A stretch of DNA of 64,000 nt from Guillardia theta CCMP2712. Lineage: Eukaryota; Protista; Cryptophyta. Made by a program: the position numbers and the translations under genes. This document shows, in pieces, positions 11,901 to 27,314 of this stretch. The notes beneath the pieces were generated by a model that saw nothing but the letters and a program-made list of their open reading frames with translations, did not search any database and had not been told where the DNA came from. Location of the stretch: NCBI RefSeq assembly GCF_000315625.1, contig NW_005434660.1, positions 825,784 to 889,783 of the forward strand, written 5' to 3'. Within the stretch, counting starts at the first letter, position 1. Each line of letters starts with the position of its first letter.

Positions 11901-13678
11901 CCAAAGTTTGGACCAACCCCAAGGTGCTTGAGATGGAGAAGAAGGCGGAGGAAGATGATTATGATTCCATGGAGGATTTTATTGTTTGGTCGGATGAGGA
12001 GAGGTTAGTTTTTGTCTATGAATGTCCACGTCTTGAATTCTAAAGTTGGATGGGACAGCGCCAGCAGCAGCAGCACTGAAAGTAGCAGTGGTGGCAAGCC
12101 GAAGAAAAGATCGAAATCGAAGAGATCAAGATCGTCTCTTTCAGATGAAGGTAGCTCGAATGACTGTTGATTATCATTCTTCTCAGAGCAACTCATCCCA
12201 GATCCTGTAAAAAGCTCAAGTTCAAAGGAAGATAGGAACAAACTGTGGTGGGACGATTTCAGGTGAAAGACAAATCTTCCATCCACTGCTGAATCTCTGT
12301 CTGCAGAGAATCAGTTGAACAGATCGAACCTGAGGCAACGGGCAAGTTCTTGTTCCTCAAGCTCCTCCTGAATGAAACCTGCGAGATGGGAGACAAGGTC
12401 AAGACCTTCTTGAATCTCAAGGGACTGAAAGTGACTCGATCGCCAGGTCTTAGTGTTCTCTCAGAGCTTGGGGGTCTTGGATCTCATCGAAGAGATGCTT
12501 AAGATGGCTGGCGAAAGGGGAGAGGGGCTCAAGAATTCTAAGGGAGTGTACAGACCATGGCGGAAGGGAAGGGACTACTATCGCCTTGACGGATCTGTTG
12601 GGGGGAACAAGAGACAGAGCGACATTGAGAACTTCAATGCGACCAAGAAGGCAAGGCTGTTTCTCATCTCTACCCGTGCAGGAAGCCTAGGAATCAACCT
12701 CTTCTCCGCCAATCGGATCGTCCTGATGGACGCGTCGTGGAACCCCAGCTTCGACACGCAAGCGATCTTTCGCTCCTACAGGCTCGGACAGGAGAAAGAG
12801 GTCTACGTATACAGACTGCTAGCGCATGGTACCATGGAGCAAAAGATTTACGGGCGTCAGATCACCAAACAAGCCCTGGCATCCCGCGTCGTTGACTCGG
12901 AGGAAACAGGGAGGCTCTTCACTGACAATGAGCTGAAGGCCTTGCTGGAGTTCAAGCCAGGTCCTGTTGCCGACTCGTTTGACTCACTCGACACGGCGAC
13001 CAACACGCCGAAGCAGGAAGCGCCGGCCAAGGAGGACAAGGAAGACAAGGAGGCAGGCCGGGGGTAGAAGACCTCGACGAGAACTCACCGAAGCAACGGA
13101 AGAAGCTCTTCGATATGAGCAGTCTGCCTCCTGAGGATGTGGTCCTCGCTCGCATTATGACTGAGATCTCGCCCAAGTGGATGGTGGGCTACCATGAGGC
13201 AGACTCGTTGGTGGAGCGAGACACTGAGCTCTCCAAGGAGGAGATCGAGGAGGCGTGGGAGGAGTGGTCAAACCGGGAGAAGCGAGCGAGGGAGGAGGCG
13301 GAGAGGATCCAACGAGCCAACGACGAGGCAGCACGAGCAAGGCGGTTCCAGTTCGAGCTCCAGCGGAAGATTGCGGAGTCTCAGCGGCTGCTCCAGCAGA
13401 ATCAGCTGCAGTCCGGGATGATCTTCAACTCTCAGATGCCCCCCCGGCAGCAGCACTTCCTCAATTCCGTCCCTTCTCGCCCACCACCAGTGGAGATGGT
13501 GACGTCACTGTACATCGTTCCTCCCAGAGAGCAGTGGATACTCGAGCACAACGGGGTCAAAGGGCCTTTCATCGCGATCCTCCCGCAAGGCTACGAGAGG
13601 ACGAGGATTGTTCGCATTGACGAGAAGCTGAGAGTCGGGGACAAGTTCTCAGTTACCATGCCCTCCCGTGAGTTGTGA
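8935..13678 (+). CDS. ATRX/ARIP4-like SNF2-family chromatin-remodelling ATPase with N-terminal B-box and PHD zinc fingers (multi-exon)
   Basis: Motif I GCILAHCMGLGKTLQ, DEGH box, [100 protein letters not shown]. B-box at 9328-9441, PHD at 9943-10074. About nine short introns. Confidence 0.93.
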
Positions 13679-13897
13679 CGGGGGGCGCGAGTACTGAGAT
13701 GGGGCAGGTGATGCAGCGAGAGGAGAGGAGGGAGAGGAGGAGATGGTGGTATGGTGTTGTATGTAGATTGAATCCCCACTTATCTCAACGATTGTTAACT
13801 TCTCTTTCCCAACTCCACTCCTCCCTTGTCCTCCTCCTCCTCCTCCTCATCATCATCATCATCATCATCATCGCCTTCGTCATCATAATTTCTTTCC

Positions 13898-17140
<3,243 letters not shown>

Positions 17141-18205
17141 TCCTCTCTCTAACCTGACCTCCTGGCTCTCAATTAACACCATGTTGCATCGACATCAATC
17201 AACATCGATCCTTTCCCATGCCAAGTCAAATATGCTAAGTTCGTCATAAAAAATGCGTGCAGACTTCTTCCTGCTCTCGTTCTTCTCATGGGTATGATCT
17301 TTGTCATCACCCCTCTATCCTTATCTCGATCAACGTCTTCATCATTATCTCCATTTTCCACATCGATATCGGCATTATCATCATCATCAACACTTACATG
17401 ATCAACATAATCAATATCCTCCCCTCCCCTCCTCCTCCTCCTCCACCACCACCACCACCGGGCCACCTCATCGGCTTTAGCGCTCCTATTGCATGCACCT
17501 GGCACCTGGCCCTCTCGTGAACAACAACCTTGTCAACCGCATCTTCAAAAAATATAGTTACGGCCCGCTTCAATACAAACTGAAACAGGCGCCTGGCCGC
17601 GCAAGGCATGACGGCGGTACATGCTTCTACCTCATTAAGCGGGGAACATCCGCCCCTTCTGATCTGCGACGTCACGACGGACGGATAGCATCCCGACTAC
17701 GGCGTTTGTGACTATATAGTGAATTCGCACACGACCCTACGAGAACNNNNNNNNNNNNNNNNNNNNNNNNNNNNNNNNNNNNNNNNNNNNNNNNNNNNNN
17801 NNNNNNNNNNNNNNNNNNNNNNNNNNNNNNNNNNNNNNNNNNNNNNGATGATAAGTCATCATATGGGTCAACTCAGTTCACCGTCCATCCGGTCCGGTCA
17901 CTGCCGGTGCGGCCGGGCACTGACTACTATGAGTCGCCTCCCCACCCCCCCGCCGGCTTCACTGAGGTCATCGGTGATCCAAGTTCCGAAGTTCCCACTC
18001 GGCTCAGCTGGAACTCAGTGCCAGCCAGTGGGCCGACACTGAGGGGCGATGGACTGGCAACAGCTACTAGGGTCGAGTCAACTTTATTAGATTCAAATGC
18101 ACACTCTGAAAAATGTAGTGTCCATGCTTCAAGAAGGAGCACGAGAACAGATCGGACTGGGACAGACACAACCAAAACTAAACTTGAACCAAATTAGTTA
18201 AAAAG

Positions 18206-18610
18206 TTATCTAGAGTCATTAGGGTAGAGCGTAGCATGAAGACTGTCCAACATCTCCCACGTCTTCGCCTTGTCCTGAGGGGATGTGCTGTTCTCTGGGC
18301 ATATGGCACCATGAAGACGATCCAGCATATTCCAGCAACACTCGTGGTCGATCACGTACGAAGAAACCGAGCTGGCTTCTTCCAGCACCAACTTGTTCGC
18401 GGGCACATTGGCCACTCCCAACCCAGCTTGAGAGTAGGTATCACCGAAACCTTGTGCCGAGGTAGTCCAAGAGCCTTTCACGTTGGACTTTGCGCTGTTG
18501 GTTGAATTGGAGTGGAAGAAAATTGATTGGAGGTCGAGGAGCGCGTCCTCATTCTTCCAGTTCTGGTTTGCGACAGAGAGGGCTGAAGAAACGTCGTCAC
18601 TGAAGTACAT
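18206..18610 (-). CDS. Small intronless orphan protein (134 aa) with a duplicated W-x-M-L-D-x-L-H motif
   Basis: ATG-to-stop ORF of normal complexity containing CWNMLDRLHGAICP and TWEMLDSLHATLYP. TATAAAAA on the minus strand at ~18907-18914. Confidence 0.65.
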   Translation of the reverse strand: MYFSDDVSSALSVANQNWKNEDALLDLQSIFFHSNSTNSAKSNVKGSWTTSAQGFGDTYSQAGLGVANVPANKLVLEEASSVSSYVIDHECCWNMLDRLHGAICPENSTSPQDKAKTWEMLDSLHATLYPNDSR

Positions 18611-19829
18611 CTTAAAACCAGGGATCCAAGATGCGATTATGCAGGTGTTATTGGACCAGGGAAAACTGTGTGAGCAATCAAAAATATGGAGTCTTCACCA
18701 ACAGCTTCTTGTGGTTGTGAACGACCGACTGTGCTATGTTGCTTCTTTTGACGCTGAGGGTTGAGAGGAAGGATAGGAGGCAGGAGGAGGTCCAGAAAGT
18801 TCAGAAACAGGGATGGGAGGAGGATGCCGGATAGTTCTGGGTCAACAAGGAAGCAGCGAGGACGATGGCGCGGCAAAGGTTTGTGGAGGTTGGCGGGATG
18901 CAGTCCTTTTTATAAAGCGCCGGTACGGGTGGTGATGCTAAAATTGGACAAGGAGGGGAACTTTTATAGTATGAAAAGGGGGTGGTATCAAGCTTTTAAA
19001 ACTAGACGCCAGCAATGAATAGGTGGGTGCGTTGCTTGTTGACCTTCAGATGTGGAGGGGTGGTCAACAGGCTGGGCTCATCCCTACTACCCCTACCACC
19101 CTCACTACCCCTAATTGAAAAGAGGGGTGCAAGTCGTTAGATGTCACTATCTCACTACCCCCTACTTGGTGGGGTCCACGTAGAGGTCAGATACACAAGT
19201 GTAAGGGTTGATCAAATTTATATAGTTTTAGAATTTTCAAAATATCTACTTTCATGGATATATAAAATATTGTTTTAAATAAGAGAGTCGTAGAAGCTTT
19301 GCTGTATTTTGTATCTTTCGGCGGAAAGGGTCAACCGCAAAATTTACAGATTTCAAGTCATCTATGAATATTACACGTAAAATTAGAAACTTGAATGACA
19401 CATATCTCAACCCTTCTTTAAATTTTATTGCTAGGTTCAAAAACTGATTTCAAACAGTCGGTTGGACCACCAAAATAAGCAATGGCTTTTCGGAGATCCC
19501 TCAAACTCCGTGGCTCTTCGTTACCGCGGGGGGTTCATGAATCTTCACGAGTACCCCTCAAGTCTGTGTACCCCCGATTTCCCTCCTTTACCCTCTCAGA
19601 ATGATGTGAACGCACCTGCCACGCTGTACTGGTACAAATTTCCGTTACAAACTTGAGGTTGAATTGTAACCGCCGACCAAGCTGATGAGTGAAAGGAAGA
19701 GTTGGGCGGTACTGTACGGGGCAGCTCAAAATCTGACTATATCTTTGACACAAAGTTTTGCTGCCCTGGTATATCCAATAATACTCTGAGGCAATATTTG
19801 CAGACCGGTTTCCCGCGCTGGCCCTTGTG

Positions 19830-21056
19830 ATGGCGGCTCTTACCTCCCTGGCGGAGTCCCCGCCCATGGCGCCGGAAGCAGAGGCCTCCTCCGGCGTCAA
19901 GAAGCTCTCCGAACCATCTTCTACCTCCTCCGGTGTCAAGAAGCTCTCCGAACCATCTTCTGCCTCCGGCGTCAAGAAGCTCTCCGAACCATCTTCCTCC
20001 TCCGGTGTCAAGAAGCTCTCCGAACCATCTTCCTCCTCCGGTGTCAAGAAGCCCTCCAAACCACATTCTTCCTCCTCCGGTGTCAAGAAGCCTTCCGACC
20101 AATCTTCTTCTTCGTCCCGCGTCCAAAGAACCCAACGGATGAGCTTCAGGGGGTATCCCGGCAATGCTGGCTTCAAGAGGTTGGTGCTGTTTACCAAGAC
20201 GATGGCGGACGCCCTGCCTCGCCGGCGCATGGCAAGAAAGAGGGAGAGCAAGATTTTCTTCGAGAAGCTCACTGAGACTCTCAACCGAGATCCCCTGTTT
20301 GGCGGTGCGCTCAAGTACTGCACTGCCAGGGACAAGGGCACGGAGGTCATAAAGATCACGGACAAGATCATTGCGGACGGGGAGGAGGACTACCTGATGA
20401 CGATTGAGAATGAAGGAAGAGACATAAATGAACTCGATGAGCTCTATATTCAGATTGCCCGGATAAGAAACTCCTTGGCCAAACAAGAAGGAGACGTGAA
20501 GACCAATGGGGCTCCTCAGCCGACAGATGGTTCACTGTCCGAGAAGCTGAATGATTGCAGCGCTGCCAGTGCTGCTGCTATGGAGGATACTCCGATGGTG
20601 AACCAAGAACCGTCAGCCCGTGAGGAGCGAGAGCCAGAGGCTGAGCAGAGATCGTGCAAACGTGCGAAGCCAAGCAGGGATGTCGAGGTCGAGCAGGAGA
20701 GCGAATCTAGCAACGCGGACGAGAGCGACGCTCCCGATGCAATCCTCGACTTTGTGGACCAGATTGAGTCGTCGTTTACAATGATGGTCCGTTCTTTGGA
20801 GGCAAAGGCGCGGGAGAGGGCTGAGATGGATCGAGAGTTGCAAAAGGTCCAGTTGGAAAATGAAAAGAAGCTCAGCAATTTCAGGTCTCAGTACGAAACC
20901 CTCCAGAAGAAGATAGCGCAGCAGATGCAGCACAACAAAGAGATGGAACACAAGATTGAGATGCTGAAGTCAATCCTTTCACGTGAGGAACAGAACGCCA
21001 AGAACGACTTGAGAAGTTTGACTGTCCTCGCTCAGTCAGTAAGTTCCTTGGATTGA
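19830..21056 (+). CDS. Intronless protein: N-terminal 12-aa SSSGVKKLSEP repeats, central basic helical domain, C-terminal coiled coil
   Basis: 408-aa ORF from the ATG at 19830. Heptad-rich C terminus (ELQKVQLENEKKLSNFRSQYETLQKKI...). Confidence 0.8.
   Translation: MAALTSLAESPPMAPEAEASSGVKKLSEPSSTSSGVKKLSEPSSASGVKKLSEPSSSSGVKKLSEPSSSSGVKKPSKPHSSSSGVKKPSDQSSSSSRVQRTQRMSFRGYPGNAGFKRLVLFTKTMADALPRRRMARKRESKIFFEKLTETLNRDPLFGGALKYCTARDKGTEVIKITDKIIADGEEDYLMTIENEGRDINELDELYIQIARIRNSLAKQEGDVKTNGAPQPTDGSLSEKLNDCSAASAAAMEDTPMVNQEPSAREEREPEAEQRSCKRAKPSRDVEVEQESESSNADESDAPDAILDFVDQIESSFTMMVRSLEAKARERAEMDRELQKVQLENEKKLSNFRSQYETLQKKIAQQMQHNKEMEHKIEMLKSILSREEQNAKNDLRSLTVLAQSVSSLD
19885..20113 (+). repeat. 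Coding minisatellite, six copies of a ~36-39 bp unit
   Basis: TCCTCCGGTGTCAAGAAGCTCTCCGAACCATCT(TCT) repeated in frame. Confidence 0.9.
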
Positions 21057-21180
21057 AACGAGAGAGGGGGGCATTAAACGGGAACTTTCACAAAGAGGAT
21101 CATTCAGGCATGTTTAGAAATATCTTTCCACGATCTACGATCCAACCGATCACCCTCGCCTTCGACCAGAGCCGCAGGAA

Positions 21181-22679
21181 TCATCGATCACCCAGTACAG
21201 ACGCAGGATCATCCTCGGGGATATCTCCATGGTACCTTGTGAAATCCCATTAGCCATGGAGCGGTACCCTACATGCCAGGTGCATGGCGGAGGCAGGAGA
21301 ATTTCTCACTTGAAGTCCATGGGCAGGCTTTCGCTGGAGAGCGAGGGGAACTGTTTGTTTATCAGCTGCAAAGAGATTTTCTGTTATGTCGACAAATGAT
21401 TTCATGGTGAGTTCCACCTCAATCAAGGCGTCGAACAGGATCTGGTTCCCAGATGCCGACAGGTGCAGGCCGTCGGAGAAGTGAGCTTCCCACCCCTTCT
21501 CCTGACCGCCGCAGACATGGGATGGGTAGGAACGAGAGAGAGAACGTCAGGCAAGGAGACGAAAGTTGAATTGAGAATGAATGAAGAAAACCTTGTGCAG
21601 GATGTTGAAAAGATCCAACACAGGACAAGACATCCTAGCCGCCAACTCTGAGCATGCTACCGTCCCCATCAGCTCGAAGCAACCTCACGTCATCAGCTCA
21701 CCTCTTGCGTACTTCTCTACATGCTCCAGCTCCCGCTGTCCCAACCCAGGACCGCCCTGCAGTGACAGGGCACGTGTGACTCCCTCCTCACGAGCAGCAT
21801 CTGCCGACCTTGTTCGCATCCCATGTTGCGGCATCGACCGGAGGAGGAGAGATGAGCACCTGCGGTGGAGGGAGACACTGTGTGAGAACACGCGGGGTTG
21901 AGGTGAAACTTACTATGACAGACTCCGGCCAGCCTGCCCTCATCATCTTCACCAACTCCTCCATGTTCTACACAAGGACTATCAGCGATGAACTGGAGCG
22001 CACGCGGTGCTTGCTCACTTGTATGTACTCCGGCAGAGGAACATGCTGTCTGCAGCTCTCGACCTGCCATCAGCACTCACAACCCTGGCAGAACCATGCG
22101 CAGGCCGTCACAGCGGCGTCGTTTGCTCCGAGGAGGATTGTCGCCAACACCGGAGGGTTCGATTTGTGCTCCTCGATTATGGCAGGTAGGATCAGCTTCG
22201 CCCACCTGCTGTTGTACCTGGAGGAGCTCGTCACCGTCCTCAAGTGCTCGCCCTCCTCTCCTCTCACCCTGAGAATCCTCTGTTGACGATGTCTACGCTA
22301 CGCTTCTGTGCCACATAAAGATCCTGCAACAGTGACGCCCAACCCAGGGGGTCAACCTGCGCGAAGCTGAGTTGATGATTGCCGGCCAGTGCATGCAGAG
22401 AGCAAGAAATATGTCTCTTTGATATCTCCTGCCACACTCGGCATCGAGCATCGTCATCGTCTTCTCTTACCCACCTCAACAGCACATGTACTCCTTGCTC
22501 TTGGAAATCCTGCCCTCCATCTCTTATCCTCAAGATCCTCTCGCCCTTCCTCTAGCCACCATGGTCTCTTCTGCTCTCCCTCGTCATGGCTTCGCTCCTC
22601 TCCTTACCTTGCTTCCAAACTGCGTGATCGAGTCTCCGAACAGCAGCATCTGTCTCCTGCCCCGAGCCACCATCGCCAT
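21181..22679 (-). CDS. IAH1: SGNH/GDSL hydrolase, isoamyl acetate-hydrolysing esterase-like (multi-exon)
   Basis: Block I LLFGDSITQ, GWASLLQDLY, block II DIVNRGFSG|YNSRWA, block III ILLGANDA, QHVPLPEY, block V FSDGLHLSASGN. Confidence 0.88.
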
Positions 22680-22879
22680 CGCCCATCAGTCTCAAGAAGG
22701 TACCCCACCCCCACCATGACACACCCTCTCTGACTCTCATCGCTCGATTTTAAGACCCCTTTATATTTAGATAAATGGTGGGGTACTATAAGTTAATTTG
22801 AGGGTAGGGTACATGACACCCACCCCTTGCAGAGAGTACCCCACCCAGTCTAATATACTCGTCCTCTGTATTTCTTGAT

Positions 22880-24416
22880 CATGCTGGGGGAAGAATGTGA
22901 GAGCGCGGGGGACTTCGGCGGGAGGAGGAGGAGGAGGAGGAGGAGGAGGAGGAGGAGGAGGAGGAGGAGGAGAAGGAATTCATGGTACACGATAGCGAAG
23001 GGGGATCACAGGCTTTGAGGAAGTGCAGTGGGAGGAGAGGAGTAGGGAGNNNNNNNNNNNNNNNNNNNNNNNNNNNNNNNNNNNNNNNNNNNNNNNNNNN
23101 NNNNNNNNNNNNNNNNNNNNNNNNNNNNNNNNNNNNNNNNNNNNNNNNNNNNNNNNNNNNNNNNNNNNNNNNNNNNNNNNNNNNNNNNNNNNNNNNNNNN
23201 NNNNNNNNNNNNNNNNNNNNNNNNNNNNNNNNNNNNNNNNNNNNNNNNNNNNNNNNNNNNNNNNNNNNNNNNNNNNNNNNNNNNNNNNNNNNNNNNNNNN
23301 NNNNNNNNNNNNNNNNNNNNNNNNNNNNNNNNNNNNNNNNNNNNNNNNNNNNNNNNNNNNNNNNNNNNNNNNNNNNNNNNNNNNNNNNNNNNNNNNNNNN
23401 NNNNNNNNNNNNNNNNNNNNNNNNNNNNNNNNNNNNNNNNNNNNNNNNNNNNNNNNNNNNNNNNNNNNNNNNNNNNNNNNNNNNNNNNNNNNNNNNNNNN
23501 NNNNNNNNNNNNNNNNNNNNNNNNNNNNNNNNNNNNNNNNNNNNNNNNNNNNNNNNNNNNNNNNNNNNNNNNNNNNNNNNNNNNNNNNNNNNNNNNNNNN
23601 NNNNNNNNNNNNNNNNNNNNNNNNNNNNNNNNNNNNNNNNNNNNNNNNNNNNNNNNNNNNNNNNNNNNNNNNNNNNNNNNNNNNNNNNNNNNNNNNNNNN
23701 NNNNNNNNNNNNNNNNNNNNNNNNNNNNNNNNNNNNNNNNNNNNNNNNNNNNNNNNNNNNNNNNNNNNNNNNNNNNNNNNNNNNNNNNNNNNNNNNNNNN
23801 NNNNNNNNNNNNNNNNNNNNNNNNNNNNNNNNNNNNNNNNNNNNNNNNNNNNNNNNNNNNNNNNNNNNNNNNNNNNNNNNNNNNNNNNNNNNNNNNNNNN
23901 NNNNNNNNNNNNNNNNNNNNNNNNNNNNNNNNNCAGGAAGGAGAGGAAACTGAATGAGGTGAAGGTGAAGGGCCTGGACGACAAGTCAAAACACATTCTC
24001 CTCGTCATGATGGAGGTACTTCCTTCTCCCTTCTCCCTCCTCCTCCTTCCCATCTCCCTCTCTCAATCCTCTTTCCCGTCTACCTTCCCTCGTTGCTCTT
24101 CCCTCTACCCTACTTTCCATCCTCGATCTTGCCCCCCCTGCCTCTCCCCAGCTCGCATCCTTTCTGGTCCTCATTCTCCTCCCCTTTCCTCTCCCCTTCT
24201 CCTCCTCACCTCTGCCCCTTCTCCTCCCTTGCTCTCATCCTTCCTTTACCGGGGATTCTTATCATTCTTTGGCAGAAAAATCAGGTCGAGACCTCCAAGT
24301 GGAAAGAGTATCTTTCCAGCTGCCCGAAGAGTTTTCACAACGTGAGTGGGAGGATGCGGGGTAGGCATGCGCTACTATGCTTCCATGCATCCTGCAAGCG
24401 GATGATGGCGGATGCG

Positions 24417-24499
<83 letters not shown>

Positions 24500-25048
24500 T
24501 AGGAGCAGGAGTCTCTGTCTGGACTGAGACAGTGCGTGACAGGCTCTGGACTTGACCACTGAGGAGATCGAGGAACTGCAAGGAAGGTGAGGGTTGAAGA
24601 GAGCATGCTTCTGAATCATATCTATCTACCTAGCTAGCTATCATCACCACCATCATGTAACATTTTGCTGTTTAGCCCGGCGCTCGATTATCTCGTGCAG
24701 CAGAAGAATGACTTGCGGCAACTTTATGAGGATCTTTTCCCCAAACTGTCTCAAGCGTTTCCAGAGGTCTGACCATCCCTTCCCCTCCTCCCCCTCCTCC
24801 CCCTCCTCCCCTTCCCCCTTGCCATCCCCTACCTGCTTCTCCTGCTTCTCCTGCTGCTGCTGCTGCGGTGGTGGCGGTGGCTGCCGCGGCCACGGCCGCG
24901 CTGCTGCTGCTGCTGCTGCTGCTGCTGNNNNNNNNNNNNNNNNNNNNNNNNNNNNNNNNNNNNNNNNNNNNNNNNNNNNNNNNNNNNNNNNNNNNNNNNN
25001 NNNNNNNNNNNNNNNNNNNNNNNNNNNNNNNNNNNNNNNNNNNNNNNN

Positions 25049-25080
<32 letters not shown>

Positions 25081-26930
25081 TGCAGCAGCACCAGCACCAG
25101 CAGCAGCAGCGGAGGACGAGGAGGAGGAGGTGCAAGAGGGGGAGGAGGAGGAGTTGGAAGAATGTACCGGGGAGTGTAGGAACGAAAGAGGGGGAGAGAA
25201 AAAGTCTAAGACGTTGACCTGTATGACGTCAGGGCCTGGGCAACAGAAGCAGGATGCGAAGTATCGAGCCTCGTACCTTGTGCGGATATGATGTAGGAGG
25301 AGGAGGAGGAGGAGGAGGAGGAGGAGGAGGATTGATTTTTGGTCCGCCATGTAGGAATCATCATATTTGTGCCCAGGGGGAGGTATACATATTCCTTCAC
25401 TCTCTCCCCTCTTTCTTCTCCTTGCCTCTTCCTCCCTCGCTCCACCTTCCTCCTCCCTTCTCACTCCCCTCTTCTCCTCCCCTCCCTTCGCTCCACAGCT
25501 CCTCCCTTCCCCTCTCTTCTCTCCGTGTTGCTCACTGTTGTCCTGCAGGTTCAGAGGTACAAGTCAGAGCTGGGAAGAGTCGAAGTTCAGCTGCTCGCCC
25601 CTGTCAAGGCAGGCGAACAGGTGGAGCTGAGAAACTCCTCTACCTGCTGGGGCTGAGCTGGGCTATCCTATCAGATCTTCATCTACTACGGCGCGTTGAG
25701 CACAGCGTCCGAGCTCACTCGCTTCGGCTTCTGCGACCGAGACAACCCCAACGACACCGTGAGGCTTCCTGCCCTGTTCCCAGCTCCTCCCCAGCTCCCC
25801 ACCAGCAGCTCCTCACTAGCAGCTTCTCCTTCCCTCCTCTCCCTCCTCCTTCCCTCCTCCTTCCCAGCTCGCCACACCACGCCACTCTACCAAACTTCCT
25901 TACCCCTACACTCACTCCCTCCTCCTTCACAACTCCCTCCCTCCGCCATCCACCATGGAGCGTCCCAGCTCCCTGTCAAGGACGCGCTACCTGGCTGACC
26001 GCAGACCACCAGGTCCCCTTCGAGCTGGACTTGTCTGAGATGACCGAGCTGCAGCGCAAGGCCATGGAGGTCTGGGAGTTCCGGCCTGACGTCCAGCAGG
26101 TCGGACCCCTCCTCCAACCACAGCGACCACCCCGTCCCCTGTTTGAGCTCAGCTGAACGCATCCGCAGCTCCTCAAGCGCGACGGCCTGCCCTCCTGGCG
26201 CCTCCTGGCGATGCTCCGCATCCTCCACCTGTCCCCCAGCTCCTCCGCCCCCGCGCGCTGCTGACTGGAGATGCTAGGGGGAGCGACAAGGATGACGTGG
26301 AGGTACTGGAGGAGATCGTGAACAAGAATGTCAACCCAAGGAAAGCCGCTGCTCCCTCTTCTCCCTCCCTCCCGTCCTCTCCCTTTTCTTCCCCTCCCAC
26401 CCCTCTCTCACTTCTCCTCTTCTCTACCGTGGGTTTGATCCTTTTCTCTCTTTCCCTCTTGCATTCCCGCTCACTCTCTCATCCTCCTTGGTTCCCTACC
26501 TCCCCTCCCCTCTCCGCTAACCATCCCATCTCTCTTCTCCTCCCTCTTCTCCTCTCTCTCCCTCCTCGCCCCTCCCTCCCCTTCTTTCTCTGCCTCCTCT
26601 CCTTGCTCTCCTCATCCTCGCAGCAGGAACCAGCTCTCAGTGGCCAACGAGAAGCTTGTGTGGGGGACCATGGAGGAGCTGCTCAACGCCGTGACAGCAG
26701 GATACCCGACGAGGCTAGAGGAGGACATCAGCCGCCTGGAGGAAGGAAAGCGAAGCTCTAGGTGAGAAGAGGGGCTGGAGGAGGAGGAGCGAGCTGAAGG
26801 AGGAGCGAGCAGCATGTCGGCCGGCATGATCGCGTGCATCTCGCACGTGATCTCGCAGAAGCTCATCGTGGAGGAGAACCTCAAGACGGTCAAGAACAAG
26901 ATGATGAACCTCCTCACCCAAGACCAATAA
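22880..26930 (+). CDS. SET-domain methyltransferase of the SETD3/SETD6/Rubisco-LSMT class with a substrate-binding domain (interrupted by two gaps; start uncertain)
   Basis: Exons SKWKEYLSSCPK, LVPCADM|MNH, PVKAGEQ|IFIYYGALSTASELTRFGFCDRDNPNDT, LPSWRLLAMLR, SVANEKLVW...YPTRLEED, SQKLIV...QDQ*. Confidence 0.85.
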
Positions 26931-27314
26931 TGCTCGTCAGAACGGCACGTCTCTCCTCCCTCATCTTCTTCCTCCCTCACCCCTCACCCCTTATATTCCT
27001 CCTTCCTCCTTCTCTTCCTGCCTCCTCCCTCCTCAGAATCTCCCCTACATCCCCCGTCTCGTGCTCCTCCATCTCTCGTCCTTTCATCCTTCATCCCCTC
27101 TTCACATACCATACCCGAAGCGCCGGTGACACCATCTCTTCCTCTCCCACCTCAGTCCCTCCCTGGCTCTCCCCTCTCCTAGTAACTTTCCTAATTGCTC
27201 CTCGTCTTCTCTATAAATCTGTCCCTCCCTGTTTCTTCAGTAAGAAGCTCGAGCTGTTTCCTCTCGTTTCCTTCATTCCTCTCGTTAGCGAACAAGATTT
27301 TCATCTCCTTGCAC

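Noticed and set aside
19535-20486. Antisense ORFs with FLTPEEEDGSES or LLDTGGGRWFGE repeats
   Set aside because: They are shadows of the + strand coding minisatellite. The + frame is longer and has a coherent coiled coil.
22980-24345. Long ORFs running through N tracts (also 31178-32359, 46233-47506, 57535-59871, 60625-62049)
   Set aside because: Their length comes from Ns translated as X.
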